Positions 24,656-39,528 of a DNA stretch of 64,000 nt are shown here, in pieces. Under the pieces are notes generated by a model. The model made no database searches, was not told where the DNA came from, and saw only the letters and a program-made list of their open reading frames with translations. Positions within the stretch are counted from its first letter, which is position 1, and every line of letters starts with the position of its first letter. The position numbers were made by a program, and so were the translations under genes. Origin of the DNA: Eledone cirrhosa (taxonomy: Eukaryota); contig OZ024754.1 in the NCBI GenBank assembly GCA_964016885.1, positions 31,992,001 to 32,056,000 on the forward strand. The letters are read 5' to 3'.

Positions 24656-25100
24656 AAGGGCAGTGGACTGGCAAAACTAGTATAGCATCGGATAAAATAC
24701 TACTGTGGCATTTGTTTTGACACTTTACTTTCTGAGTTCAAATACTGCCTTGGTCAACTCTACCTTTGCATAGAGTTACGGCCCTTTATGGTCTGAGTTC
24801 AAATCCCACCAAGGTTAACTTTGGCGTTCATCCTTATGGGGTCAGTAAAATAAAGTACCAATCAAGTACTAGGGCTGATTTAATCAACTTTTCCCTTCCC
24901 CCAAATTGGCTGGCCTTGTGCCTAAATTAGAAATCATTATTCTATTGGCGGAGGATTGGCAGTATCGGTAGAGGGTCCGACGCCATGCATTGCAACATAG
25001 AGTTACGGCCATTTACGGTCTGAGTTCAAATCCCGCTGAGGTTAACTTTGCCTTTCATCCTTACGGGGGTCAATAAAATAAAGCAAAATAGAAACAATTA
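24656..25100 (+). mobile_element. Cluster of three Nin/Deu-like SINEs
   Basis: Repeated TCTGAGTTCAAAT; two copies continue with GGTTAACTTTG...TTCATCCTTA...AATAAAG. Confidence 0.8.
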
Positions 25101-25799
25101 TTTTATTGCAAAAGTTCAATTGTTCAAATTAAAAATAGACTAAGCATCATCATCATCATCATTATTATTTTACATCTACTTTCCATGGTGGTATGAGTTT
25201 CAGAACCATGTCTTTCTTGCATGTTTCATATATGTCAAGGTTTTTGTGGTGGGATGCTCTTCTTAATGCTAACAACTTTTCAAAGAGTGTTGGATTCATT
25301 TCATTGTAGTACCAACTCTATCACTTACAGTGTGTAATTGTATATGTTTTGTTGTTTTTTTGCTACTTTACAGAGTGTACTGGGTGTATTTTATTGTGTA
25401 ACCAGCACTACTACTTTACTGGGTGTACTGGGTACATTTTATTGTGTAGCCAGCTCTGCTACTTTACAGAGTGTGCTGGATACATTTTATTGTGTAACCA
25501 GCTGTGCTACTTTTAGGATGTACTGGGTACATTTTATCATTACATGTGCTATATTTTACTGTGTACTCCATACTAATTACCATGGCATCAGAACTAGAGA
25601 TGTTGTCATATACTCAGTAAGATTGAAGAGTCTTCTCTAGACTATATTTTCTCCATTCTATCGCCAGTTAGCTAGCATGAAACTGTTACATTCAGTTAGT
25701 CAATAAAAACACCCCAAATGTCAGAACTACCACCAATAAAGTTGGTGGAGACAGTGTCAAATTGACTTTAATATTTTACATTATGTAGTTTTGGAATTG

Positions 25800-26400
25800 T
25801 TATTAGGAGTTAGATGAGATGCAGTTCAGTTTAATGCCAGACGGGAATTACTGATGCTCTCTTTCTTGTGGAACAACTACAGGAGAAGTACTTGACTATG
25901 AGTAAGCCAATGTACCCAGCATCTGTGAATCTACAGAAGGCCTTAGACAGGGTCTGTAATATGTTGAGTGATAAGGAAGTTAGGTGTAGAAGAATGACTT
26001 GTGAGGGATGTACAACTCATGTATAGAGGTGCAACCAGCAAGGTGAGATTTGACAGTGAGTATGGTGATGAATTTGAAGTATAGGTTGGGGTCCACAAGT
26101 GCTTTGTCCTCAGCACACCTGCTTATCATTGCCCTTCAGCCTACACTAGAGGAGTTTAAGACTGACACCCCATTGAAACTCCTGTATGCTGATCACCTAG
26201 TCCTTATAGATGAATCCTTGGAAGAGCTGGAGGCAATATTCCAGACATGAAAGAATAACTTAGAATTGAAAGGCCTAAAAGTAAACTTAGCATAGACTAA
26301 AATCTAAAGAAGTAGGAAGGGCCAGGAAACTTGTTAGATGTGTTGAAAAGGGGTGGGCTGAAATTCCCAAAACTGTACACAGTGTAATGTATGGATGCAC
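25800..26400 (+). mobile_element. Degenerate RTE RT fragment
   Basis: LDEMQF, EQLQEKYL, NLQKALDRV, LLYADHLVLIDESLEELE, KGLKVNL, with stops. Confidence 0.8.
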
Positions 26401-26577
26401 GAGTAGTAGTGGTGGTAGTAGTGTTGGTGGTGTTAATGGTGGTTGTAGTGTTGTGGAAGGGGTGGTGACAGTGGTAAGGAGAAATGTAGTTGTTTTTGTA
26501 GCAGTAGTAGTAGTATACCTCTAAACACCTTGTCATGTTGACATACCCACCTCACTCCTTCAATGTTGCAGTACGTC

Positions 26578-26675
26578 TTATCACATGACTTAAACTAACT
26601 AATGAAAATCGAATAATTCTGCCGTGCTTGTATTCCGGAAGTACCTATTTTCTGCATTTTGTTTACGCTTCAAAG
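26578..26675 (+). promoter_or_regulatory. ZNF-4 promoter (TCACATGAC, CTAAT variant, CCGGAAGT 26635-26642) with candidate donor AAG|GTATA at 26675
   Basis: Paralogous motif set; acceptor TTTTAG|AATATCAGATA at 30089/30090. Confidence 0.7.
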
Positions 26676-26972
26676 GTATATTTTATTTTAATATTTTAGT
26701 ATTACTTCAATCTTATATACCCACGTTTGTGTTGGTTGTCAAATGTATGTTTTCTACATATACGCATTGTTTATAATGATATCCGTTGTGGTATATAATT
26801 ATGGATGTTGTAGTTTATAGCTAATATATGTCTGTGTGTGTGTCATCAGCGATGCTGTGGTTTGTGAATATAAATATATACAAAAGCATTTTATTCATAT
26901 ACATATATACAAAAGTATTTTTATCATTAAATAGAAGTACATACATATAATGAATTAATTATTGCTAGGAAC

Positions 26973-27726
26973 CAGTGCCGAATTAACCATTGTGCTTAGT
27001 GCTTAAACGCAGGGCCCCGTTGGTCAAGGTGGGGGGGGGGGGGCATTTTAAGATTAATTTTTCAGATGCTTCAGGTCTCATAACTTAACTAGCACAGGGT
27101 TTCATTTGGGTGTTCCTTACTTTTAGCGGTCGCAATAATGAAAGTTAATTCATTTTCGAACGTCGTGTTTACATTTTGTGTGTGTGTTTAAACGAAACAT
27201 GCTGGCGACGAAGCTTCTTTGCACGGTTCCATGTGTTCTCTATGAGCTGTGTGTGCACATCAGGGTCCGCAGGATCTACAAAGTTCCGTTCGTGCACCAC
27301 AATATCATGAACGTAAATCCCACCTTCAATTTCCGAATAGGAAGCCCAACCATCGGAGATGATGCGGCTGCCTGGCAAAATCCCTGCTGAATGATGGGGA
27401 CGGGAGTGTCACGGCTTCGATTTGGGACTTCTACAAGGCAGCAGCGTCCAGAATGGCGGACTCACCATCTGCAAGCCTCATTACAAGATTACTTCGGTAT
27501 TGAGTACTCTTCTCTCAACCGTCAACTACACACACACGCACACACATATATATAATCAATTAAAACGACAGAGGCTCTGATTTTGTCTTTAATCTCAGTA
27601 ACTAATTTAGATCTAAACACACACACAAAATGTAAACACGACGTTCGAAAATGAAAATAAATTTACTTTCATTATTGCGACCGCTAAAAGTAAGGAACGC
27701 CCTTCATTGGTCCTAAATCCGAACTG
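26973..27726. mobile_element. hAT-like MITE hosting a nested Merlin element
   Basis: Termini CAGTGCCGAATTA / TAAATCCGAACTG; 8-bp TSD CTAGGAAC/CTAGGAGC. Confidence 0.7.
27109..27701 (-). mobile_element. Non-autonomous Merlin element with ~85-bp inverted termini
   Basis: IRs 27109-~27190 and ~27614-27701; minus-strand PGSRIISDGWASY...NFVDPADPDVHTQLIENTWNRAK; possible 9-bp TSD TTTCATTTG/CTTCATTGG. Confidence 0.88.
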
Positions 27727-28701
27727 CTAGGAGCCTTATAAATATAATACACAAAAATATTCAATCAAAGCGAAAAAAAACAAAACATCAATTCCCCACC
27801 AAGTGCATCAATCGGTCACACATCACAAGGGTCAAGGGACATTTTTGCGGCAAGCCAACACGCTCGCAGCATTACCGAGGATGATGGTGAGGCTAAGCCG
27901 CTGAAACAACCAAGCACCTTCTCGGGCATCTTGTAGAAAATGGATATGTGGAGAAGTTGATGGTGGGTTGTGAGGCAGAGACAATGTAGAGTAGATGTGG
28001 CGATGGAAAGGAATTGGTTTGAGTTTGTTGTTCGTTTGAGCGTGGCAGAGTTTCTAGTAGTGATTGTTGTTGTCTTGCTGGGTGATTATGCATAAGGCAA
28101 AATTTGTCCAATATGTACATGCTTTGTAAAAAGCCGATCAATGAACAAATAAAACATGATCGTTACTAAAATATATTTATTAAGTTAATAGCCTGCTATC
28201 ATAGACAATGTAATGAAAACAAGGCTTAGGTTGTGATATATGCGTGTGGACAATGATTTAAAATATATTTACCTTACTTATATAATGGGTTGATAGTCGT
28301 TTGTCTGACAGTGAGAGAGAAGAGAGAGAGAGTAACTTACGGGGTCTGTGCTATAGTGGCTACATCTTAACTGGTTGAAATCATTTCTGCAACAGTTTGT
28401 GATGTCCTTCTCTTCCAAGAAACGAAAGTGAATGACTTAAAGAAAAATCTTATCTCCTATAAATCTTAATTTGGCCAGTTTCTCCAGACCACTGGTGCCA
28501 GCCTTAGAGAAAGAGAAACGGCTCTGCTGTGTCGTTTGGAGATCAATAAGTGTGGAGAGATTTCGCTACAACCTGACACCTCAGTCAGTAAGACGAGCCC
28601 CTAACGATGAAAAGAACTTCTCTGTCAGTGGGTCAGCTCCCCCAAACGTTTATGAATGTATATATGATTTCATTTATGACTGTGTATACTGTGGTTTATA
28701 G

Positions 28702-29038
28702 CAGGGGTTCTCAAACTTTTTTTCGCTGTGGACCACCAAAATAAGTAATTTTCTCCTGTGGATCACCTAAACTTTTAAATCTTTTGTAATAGAACTGCTA
28801 CTTATAAGCATCAGTAGATGTTTTTTCCAATGAATTAGAAAATGCTATTATCATGTCGCAGTGCCTAAAAATCTACGCAAATAAACAGCTGAAGTCGTAC
28901 TTATGCGAAGAATAAGAACAGTGCTTTAAGTCAAATGCATGGATCAAAAAAGAATTTGCTATTGAAAATTTTCTGTGGACCACCTGAATTTTCCTGTGGA
29001 CCACTAGTGGTCCACATGGACCAGGTTGAGAACCCCTG
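28702..29038. mobile_element. hAT-superfamily MITE, 337 bp
   Basis: TIR CAGGGGTTCTCAA / TTGAGAACCCCTG; perfect 8-bp TSD GTTTATAG; subterminal TGTGGA repeats. Confidence 0.95.
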
Positions 29039-29308
29039 GTTTATAGCTATATATGATGTGGTTAATGATTTGTATGTCACTGTATTATGATGTAAGATGA
29101 AGGGGAAGCATAAAGACAAAGATTATTTGCCATAAATCTAGCTTGAGTTTGTTCCCTTACAACTTTCTTCACCATTTTCATAACCAAGCTATACCTGGTC
29201 CTACAAAAACGAGTTGTTTAGTTTAAAATGTTTATATTTATGTAAGAAACTTCCATCATAACCTTATGTAAAAACCTTCAAGTTATGCTCCAAGCAGCAG
29301 CTTGATAA

Positions 29309-29793
29309 TAAGAAAGTTTGTTATATTACTAAATCACTCCAAGTTCTTGATTATTTTCAAAATTATTACAAAATTACGGGCAGTGTCATTAGAAACAGAG
29401 TAATGAAAGGTTTAATTATGTATATTTTGAAATGAAACTTTCCAGAGATACGTTTTCCAACATGTAAGTCTCGACCATGTTGATGAAGTTATTTTCTTTT
29501 TTGCAATTCATTTTTGTTGAAATGATATAGTGTTCTTGTAAAAAAGATATTGTATTTTGGGGTCATGGTGACTATATCATTTCAACAAAAAGGAATTGCA
29601 AAAAAGAAAATAACTTCATCAACATGGTCGAGACTTACATGTTGGAAAACGTATCTCTGGAAAGTTTCATTTCAAAATATACATAATTAAACCTTTCATT
29701 ACTCTGTTTCTAATGACACTGCCCGTAATTTTGTATTAATTTTGAAAATAATCACAAACTTGGAGTGATTTAGTAATATAACAAACTTTCTTA
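29309..29793. repeat. Long near-perfect inverted repeat (arms 29309-29531 and 29571-29793; 39-nt spacer)
   Basis: Arms are reverse complements with only a few mismatches. Confidence 0.95.
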
Positions 29794-30447
29794 GAACACA
29801 CACACTGGTTGAGTTCCGCTGATAGTTTCTTAAATCAATTAATTGTCAAAGTCCTTTCATCACAGCCTGAGACCTTATCAATGACTCTTGCCCTCTGTGT
29901 CTTCATCCACACTTTATCTTTTTTTAGAAGCAGAAAAGATAAAGTAAGTAGTTAAGAAAAGTTACTTGTTTAGGTAAATGTTTATATCTATAGTTTATCA
30001 ATATAGAAAAAAAAATGTACTAAAATTTCCTTTGTGGAATCTCTACTTTTTTACTATTTGCTTGAACTCATATTGTTTCTCTATTTTAGAATATCAGATA
30101 ATATTGGCATTAAACAAATGTTCACATCAGAAGCATCATCAATATTTACCAGCTTTATGCAAGAATTCTTGTTGAATATTTCATCTGAACTGAGAATACT
30201 GTCAAAATTTCTCTTCTTCACTCTCTGCAATATGGACACAAGGGGTTTTTAATCTATTTAAACTTGGATAAGTTTACAAAAGAATTTGTTACATTTTTCA
30301 GATATGAACACAGAACACAGCTAATGGGAATATAACAGTAGAAATATTTCCATCTACATATCATTATTTTTATGTCCACTTTTCCATGCTTGCATGGAAT
30401 GAATACGAAAAAAAAAAATGTGAGCAACTTAAAAGATGTCAAAATAG

Positions 30448-33644
<3,197 letters not shown>

Positions 33645-33749
33645 TATGTGTGGTACCTAATCTGTTAAGTAAATAAATTCATTCAAGATAGAAGCTATAT
33701 CACTGTTATGTATGGTAAATCATTCTCTTCAAGAAACAATTCACCTAAA

Positions 33750-34295
33750 CATCATCATCATCCTTCGAACTGGTTGGAATACTCTCAACAATTTCTCTCC
33801 TAGCTCTATGATCCTACAGTTCTCTAATGTGGATTCCTGAATATCTGGATCAGTCATTTTTCATTAATTATTAATTATTGAATGGGGTTTGGAGATTTCA
33901 TTTCTAAAATAATGACCTGCAAACTGGAACCTTTTCTATTTAAGTCTTCCGTAGATTGTTTATCTTGTTGGATGTGACCACCACCTCAGATTCTTCACTC
34001 TTCTAAGTAAGTTGGTGTATGTGCCACTTAAGTGTTTTTGTAAGTGAGAAGTGAATGTCCAAGTTTCTGAGCCATATAGGAGAATAGGCTCAATTAATGT
34101 CTGAAAGACTTAATTATTAAAGTGTACTGGAGAATTCATTTCCAGATTGTTTCAAGTTGGTTACATACTTCCCATGACAAAGTTTTCCACATGTTAAACT
34201 CTTTTTGTACATTTTTCTCCATTTATGTTGATACAGACTCACACATGGAGTCAATCTCACACAAATTATATCAAATATACACACTACTGATGGTT
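33750..34295 (-). mobile_element. LINE 3' fragment inserted in a dead 3' UTR finger; shared by ZNF-4, ZNF-5 (~42773-43528) and ZNF-6 (~50347-50667)
   Basis: (CAT)n tail; reverse strand NMWKTLSWEVCNQLETIWK and LLYGSETW-like sequence; ZNF-3 has the empty site at ~23690. Confidence 0.75.
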
Positions 34296-35289
34296 GACTC
34301 ACAAATACATTTGTAAAGGAGTGAAACCACATAAGTGATGTGGTAAATCATTCTCTGTACCTAGTCACTTAACTAAACACAAATATGTTCATACAAAAGA
34401 GAAGTCATCACAGTGATGTGTATGATAAATTATTTCTGGTTGAACATATGAGTCCCAGTGTCATGGGATCTATTTGAATCCCTTTGTGAATATTTGTAAT
34501 GAACTGAAAAATAAATAAAATTGGTTTATTCTTAAATTATTCTTTTGTTATTTTCTTATATGTTGAACATCAAACTAAAACTTGTGATGACAACATAAGC
34601 AATAGAATTCACATCATTTTATATCCATTTTTCTATTTTTACATAATTTAGCTGGCTCTTTTCCAGCACAGCCTCTCTCCATCCATCACCTTTCTATGTC
34701 ATCTCTTCTGCAAAGTGCAGGATTTTTAGATCAACTTTTACTATATATATTAAAGTCTTTCTCTGTCTTCCACTACTGTAGCCCCCTTCTACTAGGATTC
34801 CTTGACATTCTTTACCCTACTATCATTTTCTATGTACATCACATGTCCATAGCATGCAATCTTGTCTTACATGCACACAGCTGATTCTTCTTACACCTAG
34901 GTTTTCTATCAGCTCATCATTTGTGTACATAAACATTACACATGCTGGACACATCCTTTGCATGTCCTAAGATTGAAGAGTCTTCTCTACACTATTTTTT
35001 CTCCATTCTATCACCAGTTAGCTAGAATGAAGCTGTTACATTCAGTTAGTCCATAAAAACACCCCAAATGTCAGATCTACCACCAATAAAGTTGGTGGAG
35101 ACAGTGTCAAATTGACTTCAATATTTTACATTATATAGTTTGGGAATTGCTACGCCTGTTAAAGTGCCACAGTGGGAGGGAATATATGACTGCCAACTTC
35201 TAAATATAAGGCTTACAAAAAAATTAAAGGTAGCACCTAATTAAAACTTCATTTATATAAATTTTATTTTTATAGAATCATACGTTCAT

Positions 35290-35565
35290 AAGTTTGTATG
35301 GTCCCGTAACTCACTCCAGGGGAAGCTGTGTTGACATACAGCAAATCTTGGGCAGGCCGCATCTCCTCTCCAAGTCTGAATACAGTAGATTTCTTCCAGG
35401 GAATGGTAGAGGAGGAATCGACCCAGTACTAGACGGCTACCTTTTTTTTTACGACCTTCAATGGATGAAATACAAAGTTGACGGCGGCGTGATTTCAATT
35501 CAGAGAACAGTAAGCTAAAACGAAACCACAAAGAATTCTATCCGACGTTTTAACAAGTGTCATTT
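35290..35565 (-). mobile_element. Degenerate SINE-like insertion upstream of the ZNF-5 promoter
   Basis: Absent from the paralogous site at ~51945; contains a Nin-like GGATGAAA...AAAGTTGAC...GATTTCAATTCAG. Confidence 0.6.
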
Positions 35566-35800
35566 CGTCGTGTTTAAAATATATAATTAAATTCTGCTAT
35601 TTCCTACGAACTAACAAGAAAGCCTTTACGTAACCTCACAACATACTAGAAATAGCAGCCAACAATAAAAGTTGAATTGTGCCTCATGAATTTTTAAATG
35701 ACAAAAGTTTAGATAAATTTTCAGACGGATGAAAAAGCTGTACAGTTATAAAAATTGAAGTCGTTGTTGTAGTAGCAACTCAGACATATTGTGCGGTAGG

Positions 35801-36077
35801 TTTTATCACATGACTTAAAGCAACCAATGAAAATGTAAGAATTTCATTTCTGCCAATTCTTTATTCCGGAAGTAGGTAATTTCACCATTTTTGTTTACTT
35901 TAATCAAAAAGCAGGTGCTTGTTATACCTTATCAAGAAACAAACTTTAATTGAAAAATACTTTGTCGGCTTTTCTTTTTAAAAAAATGTATTATACTGTG
36001 TAGCTAAGTAAACGTTATGAGTTTTACATACGACTGTCTTTTACATAGTTTTTCCTATACCAAATTTCATGCACAAG
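35801..36077 (+). promoter_or_regulatory. ZNF-5 promoter (TCACATGAC, CCAAT, CCGGAAGT 35866-35873) and exon 1 to donor AAG|GTATA
   Basis: Paralog conservation; acceptor TTTTTTGCAG|AATATCAGATG at 40413/40414. Confidence 0.8.
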
Positions 36078-36416
36078 GTATATTTCATTTTAATACTTTA
36101 TTCTCATTCTAAAATATCGATGTCTTGGTTCTCAGATTCTGTTTAGAGGCTGTTTATGTTGTAGATATATTTTTCAACTATATTAAAAAAAAGAAATAAA
36201 GAAATAAAGAAAATCGCTCTAAATGTGTTGTGTTGGAGCAATGGAATAATTTTCTTATAATACTGATCGATTAAGAAACAATTTCTGAAACGAGATCCAT
36301 TGCAGGTATATCCAAAGGAAAATGTTCCCATCTTCAGTTTGCGATCGTCTGGCTTGCCAGCCACCTCAAAATACTTCTCAGCAGACTGAACTTGAATGAT
36401 GCACACACATATTATA

Positions 36417-36995
36417 TCATCATCCTTTAATTCCTACTTTCCCTGCTATGAAGGGTTGGACAAGTCTACACAGATCGAATCAGTACTGTGAAGCGGGGCG
36501 ACTGACCTTCCAGGCAGGCCGGGATATGTAGTGGTGGTGAAGATAGCTACTATGGATTGCTAATGGAAAGAGGGGACATGGATGGGTCAAGTCATATTGT
36601 ATGCTAGTGACCAGGTCTTTCCAGCACAGCACCAGTCCTTTTGGTCTCGATTGTGAGGTTGGTTTTACTACCTCCACGATTCCCAGCCACCGAGATTTCT
36701 TTATGCAGCTGCCATCTTCCATGTGCATTACATGTCTATAGCAATCTTCCCTTTTGTACTCTATATCGAATTGCTCTAATGCTGAGTTTTTCTCTCAGTT
36801 TGCTTATGCTACGTTGTTCATGCACGCTTCATTTCTTTTTAGCCTTCGCAGGTCTTTTACAGTGAAGGCCAATGTTTCATTGTCAGGTAGCATTACAGTT
36901 CACACACAGACATCATGTATTCTAACCTTCACTTTAAGAGAAACGCCTTTTGTTGTCAGCAGCGGTACTAGCTCCCTGCACGCCTTTCAGACTAT
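36417..36995 (-). mobile_element. RTE 3' fragment in the ZNF-5 intron (shorter homologues at ~46850-47120 and ~52636-52710)
   Basis: Reverse strand MHMEDGSCIKK and KGVSLKVKVRIHDVCV, homologous to ORF 10065-11027. Confidence 0.75.
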
Positions 36996-37729
36996 TTTTA
37001 ATCCAGGCTATCATACTTATCACCATCATTTAACGTCCACTTTTCCTGCTTGCAATCATTGGACGGGTCTTAATACTCAAATGGTGTAACTGATCTCCCA
37101 GACAACCCGAGGGGTCTGTATCTCGCTTACATAAGGTGCATTTTATCATGGCTTCAGCACAAAGGAGGTTGTCATGTCTTTGAGACATAACTGAAGGGTC
37201 CTCTTAGCTCTTTGTTTGGCAAGCTTTCTATGGCTGGATGCATTTGCTATCACTAACCACTTTACAGTGTGTACAAGGTGCATTTATCGTATAGATCACC
37301 AATACTAGAGAGGTCGTGCCGATGACAACTGAATAGCCTTCTCAACTCATTTCAGCATTGTTTCTACAGTGAGGTGCCACACCTAAGTATGTACAGTGTG
37401 TATATGTGTGTGTATATGACCGTACGTAAGTAGGATACAGATCCCTTGACCTGTATGTGAGGTCAGTTGCAACTGCTTCAGCACTGACTTGGTTTATGTA
37501 GACCCATCCAACCCTCGATAGCAGGGAACGCAGATGTTAAACGACGATATGTAATTAACAATACATGTACACTAACTTACATATGTAGGGTTTCAAAACG
37601 TTATGATAAAATAATGGTGCCCCCCCCCCCCCCCCCCCCCCCATACACACTGTTTACTCTCACAAATTTCTTCGTTTCTTTTTTAATTCTCAATTCAACT
37701 TTCATTTCTCTTTCTCTCTTGACAAAGTT

Positions 37730-39528
37730 TGATGTGGATTATAGCTGTATATGATGTGGTTTATAGCTGTATATGATGTGGTTTATAGGTATATTATGAT
37801 GTGTTTTATACCTGTATATGATGTGGTTTATAGCTATATATGATGTGGTTTATAGCTGTATATGATGTGGTTTATAGCTGTATATGATGTGGTTTATAGG
37901 TATATATGATGTGTTTTATACCTGTATATGATGTGGTTTATAGCTATATATGATGTGGTTTATAGTTATATATGATGTGGTTTATAGGTATATATTATGT
38001 GTTTTATACCTGTATATGATGTGGTTTATAGCTATATATGATGTGGTTTATAGCTATATATGATGTGTTTTATAGGTATATATGATGTGGTTTATAGCTG
38101 TATATGATGTGGTTTATAGCTATATATGATGTGGTTTATAGCTGTATATGATGTGGTTTATAGGTATATTATGATGTGTTTTATACCTGTATATGATGTG
38201 GTTTATAGCTATATATGATGTGGTTTATAGCTGTATATGATGTGGTTTATAGCTGTATATGATGTGGTTTATAGGTATATATGATGTGTTTTATACCTGT
38301 ATATGATGTGGTTTATAGCTATATATGATGTGGTTTATAGTTATATATGATGTGGTTTATAGGTATATATTATGTGTTTTATACCTGTATATGATGTGGT
38401 TTATAGCTATATATGATGTGGTTTATAGCTATATATGATGTGTTTTATAGGTATATATGATGTGGTTTATAGCTGTATATGATGTGGTTTATAGCTGTAT
38501 ATGATGTGGTTTATAGCTATATATGATGTGGTTTATAGCTATATATGATGTGGTTTATAGCTGTATATGATGTGGTTTATAGCTGTATATGATGTGGTTT
38601 ATAGCTATATATGATGTGGTTTATAGCTGTATATGATGTGGTTTATAGCTGTATATGATGTGTTTTATAGGTATATATGATGTGTTTTATAGGTATATAA
38701 TGGAGGCACTTGGCTTAGTGGTTAGCGCATTGGCCTTGCAATCGAAAGGTTGTGAGTTCAATTCTCAGACCGGGTGATGTGTTGTTTCCTTGAGCAAGAC
38801 ACTTTATTTCACATTGCTCCAGTTTACTCAGCTGTAGAAATGAGATGATAGGACTGGGATCCCTATCATTCCACTGCAAAGTGGTCGTGGGAGTGCCACG
38901 GAAAAAAAGCACCCAGCACTCACTGTACATGAGGTTGGTGTTAGGTAGGGCACCCAGCTGTAGAAATCAAGCCAGAGTCAGCTCCCGTCCCACCCTTGCA
39001 AGCAGGGAAAAGCGGACGTAAAATGAAATGATGATGATGATGATATGATGTGTTTTATAGGTATATATGATGGGGGTTTACAGATATATATGATGTGGTT
39101 TATGGCTGCATACGATGTGGTTTATAGCTATATATGATGTGGTTATAGCTGTATATGATGTGGTTTATAGCTATATATGACAAGGTTTATGGCTATATAT
39201 GTTGTGGTTTATAGCTATATATGGTATAGTTTATAGCTATATATGTTGTGGTTTATAGCTATATATGGTATAGTTTATAGCTATATATGTTGTGGTTTAT
39301 AGCTATATATGGTATAGTTTATAGCTATATATGGTATAGTTTATAGCTATATATGTTGTGGTTTATAGCTATATATGTTGTGGTTTATAGCTATATATGG
39401 TATAGTTTATAACTATATATGTTGTGGTTTATAGCTATATATGGTATAGTTTATAGCTATATATGTTGTGGTGTATAGCTATATATGGTATAGTTTATAG
39501 CTATATATATTGTGGTTTATAGTTATAT
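37730..39528. repeat. Satellite 2: 22-bp unit TGATGTGGTTTATAGCTGTATA inside the ZNF-5 intron
   Basis: Tandem repetition; 375-bp higher-order duplication; SINE inserted at 38701-39043. Confidence 0.97.
38701..39043 (+). mobile_element. Full-length young tRNA-CORE-RTE-tail SINE in satellite 2
   Basis: A box TGGCTTAGTGG, B box GAGTTCAATTC, tail GGACGTAAAATGAAATGATGATG; flanked by ATATGATGTGTTTTATAGGTATATA. Confidence 0.92.

Noticed and set aside
27850-28110. Shared segment with ~61500-61630 (GATGGTGAGGCTAA...CCAAG) as a conserved regulatory element
   Set aside because: The similarity is short and more likely a degenerate retroelement fragment; it could not be classified by eye.
37619-37642. 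Poly-C tract (also 56361-56378)
   Set aside because: Simple homopolymers of uncertain length with no supporting structure.
38701-38775. tRNA gene
   Set aside because: The A and B boxes belong to a SINE head that continues into CORE-like and RTE-tail sequence; no cloverleaf acceptor stem.
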